Assembly (NCBI GenBank): GCA_951406725.2
Contig: OX597825.1
Location: forward strand, 434,001 to 498,000
Source: Octopus vulgaris
Lineage: Eukaryota
Direction: 5' to 3'
Length of the DNA stretch: 64,000 bases
A model generated the notes under the pieces. The model saw nothing but the letters and a program-made list of their open reading frames with translations, made no database searches and was not told where the DNA came from. Below, in pieces: positions 11,472-23,400 of the stretch (the first letter of the stretch is position 1; each line of letters begins with the position of its first letter). A program made the translations under genes and the position numbers.

Positions 11472-14400
11472 CCTATCTATCTGTCTATCTATCTGCCTAT
11501 CTATCTAATTGTGTGTGTGCGTGTATTTATATGATTATTTTTTTGCTAACACTCTACGTGTGTCTGTTAAATATTACAATTACAAGTTTCCAGTATGATT
11601 TCCTGGTGCTTTCTTCTTAGCTTTTATCCTATATGGGCAACTTTCTTGAGTTTAAATAACTTCTCACAACTTCCTTGTGCCGAGTTTGCCTTAAACCAGT
11701 GATTCTCAACCAGGGCCCAAATGACCACATATGATTTTGTTGTTAAAATTTATCTGCAATAAATCGGTTTTACTTCTACAATACACAAAATATTTTTTAA
11801 AATTTTATTCACTTCCTAATAATATTTAATTATAAAAATAGAGTAAGATCCCCCCACCCCCACCCGCTGAATGGTTTTGGAGATTCCTCTGAGTGAAACA
11901 GGAACCAAAGAAGGTCCATGAGCAGAAAATGGTTGAGATGCACTGGGTTAGCTAAATGTCCCCAACGATTCTTATACTTTTGTAGAATTTGTGAATTTTC
12001 TATTTTCATTACCTTTACATTGTTAGGTTTACTGAAGATTGACAGCTCTTTTATTTTCTGTGCGTGTGTGTGTGTTTATTTTCCGCATTGCTTTATGGGT
12101 AGGTTTGGGAGTACTTGTAGTTGCTCGACGGGCAGGTTATCATAAATCCAAAAGTAAAGTTTGTGTTTGTGTCCTCTTCATTGCTTAGTAGTAAATACAG
12201 AGAGAGATAGAATGATGTTGTAAGAGATCAGAATTAGAGCTAGTGAGAGTTGTAGGGTGTGCGACATTGTCCCACAGTTGCTGACAGTAAACTTCATTTC
12301 TCTCTCTGACCAAGGCTGGTCAACCAGACTTTGTTGTCACCGACTGTGACTAATTGATTTTTGCTTGGGGTGTGGTTGCTTTTATAGCTATCCAGAAGGA
12401 TAGACATATTGACATTTCATTGAGAAAGTGTTTCTATAGGAGCAAAAACTAAAATAAAAAAGCAAAACGAATGTTCTGCTTATTGAGGCAACGTGTTTGG
12501 TCAGTTTAGTGAGGAAGGCAGCACAAATCAAAGTTGTACATACCAAAAACCTCACAGATAATCAACTTCTTATTGTTTCTTCTCTATTTTCCAGCTGAAT
12601 GTGGTGTTGCAACGACACATATGATAGTTGGAGGTATCCCGTCAAAGGAAGGCAAATGGCCGTGGATGGTTTCGTTACGCCTGACATGGGCCAAACGCCA
12701 TGTGTGTGGAGGAACGTTAATTCATCCACGTTGGGTGATCACCGCAGCACATTGTGTTTTTGGGTAAGAAATTATCATTGCATTTTGGTGAACCCCATTG
12801 CCAAACCACTGAAAAAATAGATAAATAAATTTTAAAAAGGACTGGAGGTACAATCAAGTTATATGGTCTTTAGGTGGGTGACCCACTGTTCTGAATTCAA
12901 ATATCACCAAGATGGACTTTGCATTGTATATTTGTCTAAACTGAAGAATGCCTTTATGCTTAAAAAAGATAAATCTTAGCCATTTCATAGGGATCTATAA
13001 AATGAATACAGGGATCAAAACAGGGCTGGATTAAGATCCATAGAAGACCTAAGCACTTAAAAGAATTTCAGTGCTCCTTTCATCTCCATTATCATTATCA
13101 TTTAACATCTGCCTTCCATGCTGGCACGAGTGGGACAAGAGCCTGCACCAGACGTCTGTAACTGTTTTGGCAAGGTTTTTAAAGCTGGATGCCCTTTCTA
13201 ACACCAACCACCCAGCAGAGTGGACTTAGTGCTTTTTACGTGGCACAAGCACAGGCAAGGTTTACAGTGTGGATTGGGTGCTTTTAAGTGGCACATGCAC
13301 TGACAGAGTCACCAAGTACTTGCAAGACAAAAATAAAAACTCTTTTGAGAGGGAGGGGGTGCTCTGTTGTTGGATGATGAAAGGTTACAGTGAGGCAGAG
13401 AGACAGAAACAGGTGTCTTGATGTAGAGGAGGTACAAGGTTACCTGGCTGGAGAGAGAGGGAGAGATCAGGGATGGAGACAGAAACAGGTGCACTGCCGC
13501 AAAGGAAATACGTGGTTACCCAACCTGAAGGAAGTGCAGCAGGAGAGAGAGAGAGAGGGAGAGAGAGACAGCAGGATAGAGATGGTGGCAAAGTGCCGGG
13601 CATACTCACAAGGGACAGAGATTAGAATATAAATGGGGTGGTTGAGTAAAGGAAGAGAGGGATATAGATGGTGGAAAGTGCCAGGGCATACCCTTGAGGT
13701 TTGAACTCCAAAATATAAATGGCAGGATATTGCAAAGGAAGTGTGATTAAAAAATGCAAAGTGGAGTGGGGGTAACCTGGGTATATATAGAGTTGAAGGT
13801 GGCTACCAGATAGCAATGATAGAGAGGGACAGGGCCATGAGGACAGGATTGGGGAGTGAGAGCTAGTGTGTTCCACCCACACATCACAAACAAACTTTGC
13901 TTGTGATGTGTGGGTGGAACACACGGGTCGGGGGCTAGCAGATAGCAATGATACAGTGAGACAGGGCCAAGAGGACAGGATTTATGAGTGGGTGGTAAGC
14001 ATAGTGCATCAAGTGAAAATGTGAGGAAGTGAAGAGATGTAGTTTGGTTTGTTGTGGTAGAGTGTGTGAGAAGTTTTCTTGTTATGCTAGAACTCAGTTT
14101 CACTGACATGGGTGGGTCTTCTCAAGAACCTCATACCTCCAATGTCATTTCCTGCACGAGGTCCAACATCCTGAGATCGATCCTTACCATGCCATCCCAT
14201 GTCTTCCTGAGTCTCTCTCCTCCACAGGTACCATCCACTTCTTTATGCAGCTGTCCTCATTCATACACATCACATGTCCAAACCAACATAGTCTTCTCTC
14301 TTGCATGCTACATTTGATTTTGCCTTATGCCCAACTTTCCTCTCAATACATTTGCACTTTTGTCATACATGCACACTGATGTTGCACATCCAACAGAGCA

Positions 14401-17400
14401 TACTGCCTTCATTTCTCTCCAGTCTATGCAGGTCTTCTGCATTTAGAGCCCATGTCCCACTACCATGGAGTATAGCCATTCACACACAGGCATCATACAG
14501 CCTACCTTTCACTCTGAGAGAGAGAGAGAGTCCTTTTGCTGCCAACAGAGGTAATAGCTCTCTGAACTTCCTTCACTCTATTCTTATCCTAGAAACAATA
14601 CTTTAAGAGCATCCTCCACCATTGCTAATTTGGTCACCTAGGTAAAAGAAACCATCCACAACCTCAAGAGAGCCTCCTGGGCATTTGAGAGAGTCTAAGT
14701 CCTGTGTGCTCTTAGTACTTATTGTTCCTGCACATCTGCCACATACAAAGATGACTTTATCTGTTAATCTACCTGTGCTTCCACTGCACCTCTTATGTGT
14801 CCATAGCTTACACTGGGGGCAGCAAATGGAATTTCTTCCAACTCTTTTCCTACATATTGAGCAGGGCCATTTACCTGATGGAATGATAGTTTTATCTTCT
14901 TTCTTGCTAACAACTTTCGTCTTTGCTAGGTTAACTTTGAGGCCCTTTGATTCCAGGTTTTCTTTCAATACCTGGCATTTCTTCTCCAATTCTACTAAAG
15001 ATTCTGCAATAAGAGCAAGGTCATCAGCATATAGCAGTTCCTATGGGCATCCAGTTTTGATTTCTTCTGTTCTGGCCTGGAGGACTATAATGATTGAGTG
15101 GGCTGAGAACTGAGCCCTGGTGAACCCCTACTTGTATGCTAAATTCATCACTGTATTCATGGCCGACTTTCACCCTACTGACAGCACCACTGTACATGGC
15201 CTTTACAGCTCTAACAAGCCACTCCTCTACTCCTAACTTCCTTAGAGACCACCGTATAACAGAGTGAGGAACTCTGTCGAAAGCTTTCTACGGGTCGACA
15301 AAGGCTAAGTACAATGGCTTACTTTTAATCAAGTACTTTTTCTGCAGCAGTCTCACTAGGAAGATGGCATCTGTGGTATTCGTCCCAGATGTAAAACCAA
15401 ACTGCATCTCATCTAGTTCAATTCTATTTCTAATCAGTTGGGCTATAACCCTCTCACTAACTTTCATGACTTGCCCTCACAATTTAATGCCTCTGTAGTT
15501 GTTTCTATCTAAGACATCACCTTTACCCTTGTAACAGCCATCTATCTTACTGTTACACCAGTCATTGAGGATGAAGCCTTCCTGAATAACCTGATTAACT
15601 ATACAGGTAACTAAGCTGTATCCTATGCCACTGGAAATTTTAATCATCTCAGAAGTGATTCCTGATGGCCCCAGGGGGCTTTCCCTGTCTTCATATCCTT
15701 AATTGCCTTATCTATTATGCTGCTATCAACTCTGATGGCTGGTCCCTCAATTGGTTCGATATTTGGTTGACTCTCCTCCCATTCATTTTCCACATTTAGT
15801 AACCTTTCATAGTGATATTTCCATGCATCTTTCTTCTCTGAGTCACTAAGTGCAAGCATACCATTATCCATTCGTACACATTTCTCACCTGCCACATCTC
15901 TATTTTCTCTGATACACTGCTTTGCAATCCTGAACACCTCACGCCTCTGATCCTCAGACTGTAGAACATTTGCAAATTTCTTACCTTCAGCTACTCCTTT
16001 TGCTATGTACACCTGATGCCGAGCTACCCTTTTGGCTACCTGATATAATTCTCTGCTTCCACTGTTTTCCCAATCTTTCCAGGCCTGTCTTTTTGCTTTT
16101 ATAGCACTGTCAACCTCCTTTTTTCACCAAAATGTCCCCTTTGGTTTAGCTAGGACTCTGCACCAACCACAGATTTCATCCATAGCCCTCAGTAGATTGT
16201 CCTGCAGGAACTTCTAATTATCCTCTAAGCTATATGTCCCCAACTTTTCCTGTCTTTTGTCAGAAACTTCCATTAATAAATCTCTAAATTTTTGTCTGTT
16301 TGTTGGGTCTTTGAGCTTCCATAGTCTTCTTTTCCAGATTGGTTTATTTATTCTCCCTTTTTTTTTTCAATTACAAAGTCTTTGATCAGACTCTCACCAT
16401 GACAGCATGAACACTTTGTAATTATATTTCTGATCATATAAATGGCTTTGAATATTATTTTAGCAAGTTTCAAGTGATTTCGTCTGTCCTGTAAACCATT
16501 TACCATTTCTAAGTATTTTCTTAAGATAGCAACAATTTTGTGGTTGATATTTCTTCATATTCTCTGCTTCTTAAGTATTTATATCATCATGTGTGTTTGA
16601 ACAAACTGAAGAAAAATACAAAATTTTATGGTTTCTAGCTTTTTGTAAATGGAAAAACATAATCATGGAAAAAAATGTCACAATTTTCCCTAGAAAAAAA
16701 CTCACAATTCATTTGGCTGCATCATCATCATCAACATCATCGTTGTTTAATGTCTGTCATAAAGACAATCCCCATTATTTGGAGTGGTGCCCTCATCTTG
16801 TTGTTTTTACAACATTTCAGTTGTGTACATTCCAGCTTTCTTAAGGAATTGATATCAGAAATATTCAATTGCATAAAAAATATTGTTAAAGTAATTAAAC
16901 AGTTTTAAGTTGCTTATAACTGACAATACATGGCTTGTGCACAATGACAAGGGGATACATATCTAATAACATATGGAAACTTCACACTTTATTTGATACT
17001 AGCAGAGATACCCGGCGTTGCTCAGGATTCAAATGGCATAGTTTGCATATAATATATTACAGTTACATTAAAACAGGTGATAAAGCAAAGTGCAGCATTG
17101 ACAACAAAACATTTGTTGAGTAAATGATGGGCTAATTTGACTAAGCAACATGCTATGCATCCGTTTGGAGGATTCCAGGTCCTAACCTGCCATGGAAAAT
17201 TGGGGGGGGGGGATTTTTGAACGCACCGAAAAGCTGTCATTGGATATCCTTTGTGAGAGTCACCGCTGCATCTAACACGACCAATCGTCTCAAGTTTTGA
17301 CACCTCCTTCGGGTTTGTTGTCCTATGACACTCATAAAGTAAATTTGGAGGAACTGTGGCTGTTCATTTGTGTTTAACAGGGAACCAATGAGGTGAACTT

Positions 17401-20400
17401 TGAAGTCAGTGTAAATCCATGTTCAACTATCTCCTTAGATTCACCAAACAATGTCATTTGAAGTGTAGAGTTGTATTGTCTGATATTGTTCAGAAAATCC
17501 TTTGACTGGATGAAAGTGCCTTCCAGAAGATCCATAAGAGGTTGAGGAGGAGCTGGTAGTGCTAGCAACCTTACCTGACCGTCTGAGCAACACATGCCAT
17601 TTGTTTCATTTTAAAGCCTTGCAGAAATGACAATTTGTGTTTAGTACACCGATTTGGACAAAAGTATCATTTTTATAAGAATGGGATGGATCATATCTGA
17701 AAGTAGCTGCAGCAGTTGCGAAGAATGAATTTGTACGTAGTCTGTTTCTGAGAGCTATTCCATTGGACCTCTGTCTAATCATTAAAACATTGATTTAATG
17801 ATCCAGCATTAAGTGCTGCAGCATGTATTTGCTGATCGTGGGAAAGTCTCATCCTCCTTCTCTCTTGAGACTCTGTCTGATGTGCTGCATTATGTCTTTG
17901 CTGATCGTGGGAAAGTCTCATCTTCCTTCTCTCTTGCTGCGATAATCATTTGTTTCAAATATAATAGAAATAAGATGATCTTAGTGTTATCACATTAGAA
18001 TTAATGAAACTATCATATCACATTACAATATGTTATTCTTTCACTTGTGACACATAATTCGGAACCAGTGCCAATGTTCGTCATCATCATCATCGTTTAA
18101 CGTCTGCTTTCCATGCTAGCATGGGTTGGACGATTTGACTGAGGTCTGGCGAACCAGATGGCTGCACCAGGCTCCAATCTGATCTGGCAGAGTTTCTACA
18201 GCTGGATGCCCTTCTCAATGCCAACCACTCCGAGAGTGTAGTGGGTGCTTTTGCGTGCTGCCGGCATGGGGGCCAGTCAGGCGGTACTGGCAACGTTATA
18301 TTGTTTATATATGTTATATTGTTTTAAACCAAATAAAAAAAAATTACATGTTGACACTCATGGGGTCTGATATTGTTACCTTGTAAAATTTGATTTGATT
18401 TGGTGGAGCCATTTGAGAATGCATAGGGAACAGACAGACAGACAAAGAATTTTATATATATCATCATCATCATCATGGATGTTAAATCCCTGAAACAAAG
18501 AAAAAAAAACCTGTTAAGTTAATTGTTTATTGAACTTTTCCTTGGTACTCTTTTTTCTGTAACTATTTTTCCTCGATTCAAATTTACGAAGCATTTATAG
18601 CTATCTTTCATTGTAAATAACATGAAACATTATCAACAATTTGAGGAAAAAGAAAATATCAGCAGTGAAGTTTTCTCAGACTGTAATGAACTATGAGAAG
18701 GCCAACTTGAACAGTTTTAGGTTGTTAATGGAAGGAATGCATAGAGAGGAAAGGGGTATAAGAAAAGATCCCAAAAGTGCATTTACCTCAAAGAAATATT
18801 AAGAAAAAAAATACTTGTTTTTGTTTAGTACCAAGTCATCCCTGATCATACACACGCTCACATGAAGATGCGGATACTGGTAATTTCATTGATGTTTGGC
18901 TCCAGATCAACACTGATGAAGCAGATTGAAGGTGTTGTCATTTAGCCCCAGGCCAGCCAACCTTGATCAAGTAGCTTTAAGATTGGTTTCAAATTTTAGC
19001 ACAAGGCCAACAGGTCTGGGAAAGGGGCTAAGTCGATTATATTGAGCCCAATGTTCAACTGGTTCTTATTTTGATCAACCTTGAAAGAATGAAAGGCAAA
19101 GTTGGCCCTGGCTGAATTTGAACTCAGAATGTTAAGAATGACAAAATGCTACTAAGTATATTTCATTCGGTGTGTTAACGTTGCTGTCAAATTGCAGCCT
19201 TAAATAGTCTGATAGACTGAAAATGATTTAAAGGGTCATTGTTAATAGTGGGAAGACAAAATAAAACAGACTGTAACTAATCTGATGGATGGCTGGTACT
19301 TGGAGAGTGATGGTGAATGAAGACAAGTCTTCTTAAGATTGGTGAAACAAGGTAAGTTTTTGTAAAGTGTTGGAAAATGAAGGATTAATCTTTGTTCAAT
19401 GTTAATGAATGAAAACTAGTTTTGTAGTGCAAATGATTAAAGGTTAATCAAATTAGTGTGACTTTGTAGAGCATTGCTGAATAAAGACTAATCTTTGTAG
19501 AGTACCAGCGAGTAATGATTAAACTTGAATAGAGTGTTGAGAAGTGACAGGTAGTCTTGTAGAATGTTGGTTTCTAAAAGCTAGTCTTTTTAGTGTTGAC
19601 AAATGAAGGTTAACCATGTCCTTTAGTGTATTAAAAAAGGAAGGCTTATCTTTGTAGAGCTGTAATTTTCAACCATTTTTTGCCTGTGGATCCCTTTCAT
19701 TCCTGTCTCGCTTGGATGGATCTCCATAGCCATTCCATGTTTAAAAAAGACCCATTATATTTTTATGATTAAATATTATTAGAAACTGAGGTTCATATGG
19801 ACCCCAGCTGAGAACCACTGCTTAAAAGTAATGGTGAATGAAGGTTTGTCTGGTCTGAAGTGTTGAGAAATTAATAGTTATGTTTGTAGTGTTTGGAAAT
19901 GAAAGTAAATCATTGAAAAGTGTTGGTGGCTCAGGGCCAGCCATTGTGGAGTGCTGGTGAATGAAAGAGCTTGTTGATGGTCCCTCAAGGCATATCTTTG
20001 TAGAATGCTAATGACTAATAGTTGGCCTTTGTACAGTATTTGTAAATGAAAACCAGTTATTGTAAAATGTCAATGAGGTAAAATATTTGTAGAATGTCAG
20101 TAGTGTTTGCACACTTTGAATGAAAGATAGTCTCCAGATTATTAGCGACTGAAGGCTGATCTTTGTAGAGAGTTCAGAAATAAAGTCTAGCATTTGTAGA
20201 GTTTAGAAAGGAAAGAATAATGTATGTGGTGTCTTTCTGCAATGAAGATCAGGATTTCTTGAGTTTTGAGAATGAATGCTATCTTTGAAGAGTTTTTGTA
20301 GTACTTCAGTCACTGAAGGTTGCTATTCCGTGTTGATGTTGTAAAGTAAAGACTAGTTTTAAGACAGTGTTATAGACGGAAGGCTCATCTTTGTAGTGTG

Positions 20401-23400
20401 TTAGGAAATTAAGGCTAGTCTCTGTAGAATGTTGAAAAATGAAGGTTAACATTTGTAGATTGTTGGAAAGTGATGGTATTTGTGATTGATACTTTTATAT
20501 TGTATGTGTTAAAGTAAAAGCAGGTCTGTGTAGGTTGCAAGTAAATAAAGACTAATCTTTATGGAGCGTGGGAATTGAATGCTAGCCTTTGTAGTGTGAA
20601 GATTAATCCTTGCAGAGTTTTGATGAATGAAGGCTCGTCTTTATCGAGTGCTGGAAAGGAAAGATTAGCTTTTGTAGAATGTTAATTATTGAAATCTAGT
20701 CTTTCTGGAATGTTGCTAAATAAAGACTAACATTTGTACAGAAAAGTAGTCTTTGTAGTATGTTTATGCACTTATATTTCAGGAATCAGTTTGAGAAGGA
20801 AAGTGACTGGAGAGCTATCCTGGGAGAGTTCCAGCTTGGAGTCAACACTGGAAATGAAATGCATCGGAAAATAGATCTTATCTTACGGGTATATAAATTA
20901 TTTCTCTTCTTTATTCTTTTTTTTGTTAGTAAATCATCATTTAGCATCCATTGTCCTTGCTGGCATGGGTTGTATGGTTTGACCAGGGGTGGAAAGCTGC
21001 ACCAGGTTCCAGTCTGATTTGGCATGGTTCCTACAGCTGGATGCCCTTCCTAACACCAATCACTCTGAGAGTGTAATGGGTGCTTTTACATGCCACTGGT
21101 ATCTGCTACGACTGTGATTTGCCATCTTTATTGTTGAACAGTATTCAATCTTTTACCACCTCTATACTTTATACATATATTTCTACATTGCATCTCTACT
21201 TTGTATCTGTACATTTTCTAATTATGTCTCTGCACTATATCCTCACACTTCATCACTACATCTCTACACTATATTTCTGCACTCTCTCTCTCTCTTTCTA
21301 CTCTATATCTCTACAAATGTATTTCTATATATGTTTTTTTGTTTTTTCACTATATCTCTTTGCCAAGTCTCTATACAGTATCTATACACTATTCTTTTCA
21401 TGTCCATTATTTAAATTTTTTTTGGTGCTGCTTTGGGTTAGGCTAGACCTCTTAAGGCATCTTTCTATGGCAGGATGGCCACACAGTCAACAGTCCTTGC
21501 TTCCTTCCAAGTAAGGTACTTACTTCACTGGTTTTCACACACTGCACCACTGGACTGCCAGACATAGTGTTTACACAGGGCATTGGCAACATTACTGCTG
21601 CTGAAGTGGTGTCAATGCAAATACACAGACACAGACACAGACACACATAAACATACAAATATACTTGTATGCACAAGGCACTTCCATACAGGTCCTATCA
21701 ACCAAGTTTCTCTGACAAGAAGACACTTGCCTAAGGTCCCACACAGGGAGAACAAATCTGAAACATGTTTGTAGGGTGAATCCCTTAACCTACATGGCCT
21801 TTCTCTGAACCATCTCTCTACATTGTGTCATTGTGACTCAAGTCAAGGGGAGTGATTCTATATGGTTGCTTAACTTACTAAAAATAGTAGTTCAATTTTA
21901 TTTATATCACTTTGCCTTAAAAAACATATGTTAGGTTATGTTGTCCTGACTTCCAGTACACAAGGAAACAACAGAATGGCCATGGACGGAATGTCTTTGA
22001 TTATAAGCCTCTTCAGTATGGCTGAACTAAAGCTTAAGAACAATAGCAATTCCATTATTTCCCTTCACACTAATCTCCTGACTGCATCGTCTCTAATCCT
22101 GAAAAACCACTGAACTGAAACGGTCACTGCCTCTACATATGCTTGGATTTGAAAGACAAACCTTCACTCACCAACATTCTACAAAAAACCAACCTTCCCT
22201 CACCAACACTTTGGAAAAATTAGTCTTTACTCAACAACACTCTGTGAACACTAATCTTCACTCATCAACAATCTACACTAGCTTTCTTTCAGCAGCACTC
22301 TACTAACACAAGTCTTCACTCAACAACATTGTCAGAGCCTTGTCAAATCTTAGGAACTTGGACACACATCTATAGAGCTTGGTTGTGTTATTCCAGCAGT
22401 GAAGCAAGCATAGCATTCTCACGGTCAAACCAGTCTTGTTTAGTTGTTAGTTTTCTCAAGTAATATTTTAGCTTGCATTGTGACAATTTGCTGTGCTTGA
22501 GAAGACACGTCAAGCCAAGTAAAATCACTGTCTTCCACACATACAAGCTTGTCCTTTCAAGTGTCACTCAAAAAGCACCTGTGACAGTGGCGTCTAAAAA
22601 GCACCCAGCACACCACTCTGTTAAGTGGTTGGCATTAGGAATGGTATCCAGCTGTAGAAACCATACCACCACAGACTGTTGGAGTCTGGAGCAGCTCCCA
22701 GCTCCATGTCAAACCGTCCAACCCATGCCAGAATGGAAAACGGACGTTAAATGATGATGATTCAAACTGTATATCTTTTTTTTTTTTGTGTATGTGTTTT
22801 CCATAAATCCAGAATCTTGTGTCCATGTCTTTGCTATTCCTAACTGCAAACTTCCCACTTAAGCTGGCTGGTCTCACCTCGTTTCATCTCAGGACTATTT
22901 TGAAGACTGTCTTCCACTGAAGCTCTTCTCAGGGGTCCGTGTGACAGATGGTGGCACATCTGCCACTATCTATTGGTTCAATGTGTATTTCATCTTTGTT
23001 CATGCTATCTAGTTATGATGTAAGTCTAGGTGTCTATGTTTTGAGTACAGATATATCCAAAATCACTTTACATTCTTCCTTCTGTTTCAAGATGGTAATG
23101 ATGAGGCTCTACTTAGAACATAAACAAGTTCTTCATCTGTGTTGCCACTGGGCCACTTCTAAGCTTCTTGCCAAATGTAGGAGTTAAAATCACTCGTTAT
23201 TAACAGCATGACCTGAGGCAGTAACCGGCAGAATCCTTAACAAGTTGGAGAAAATAGAGACATTTTGTCCATCTTTACATTCTGAGTTCAAATTCTGCAG
23301 AAGTCTACTTTACCTTTCATCCTCTTGGGATTAATGTAATAGACTTCTTTCTCTCCTAAAATTGCTGGCCTTGTGCCAAAATTAGAAAGAACTAATATTG

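Noticed and set aside
10952-11508. C-terminal half of the 376-aa ORF (LSIY repeats)
   Set aside because: Intron read-through after the gtaag donor at 10952 into a (TATC)n tract.
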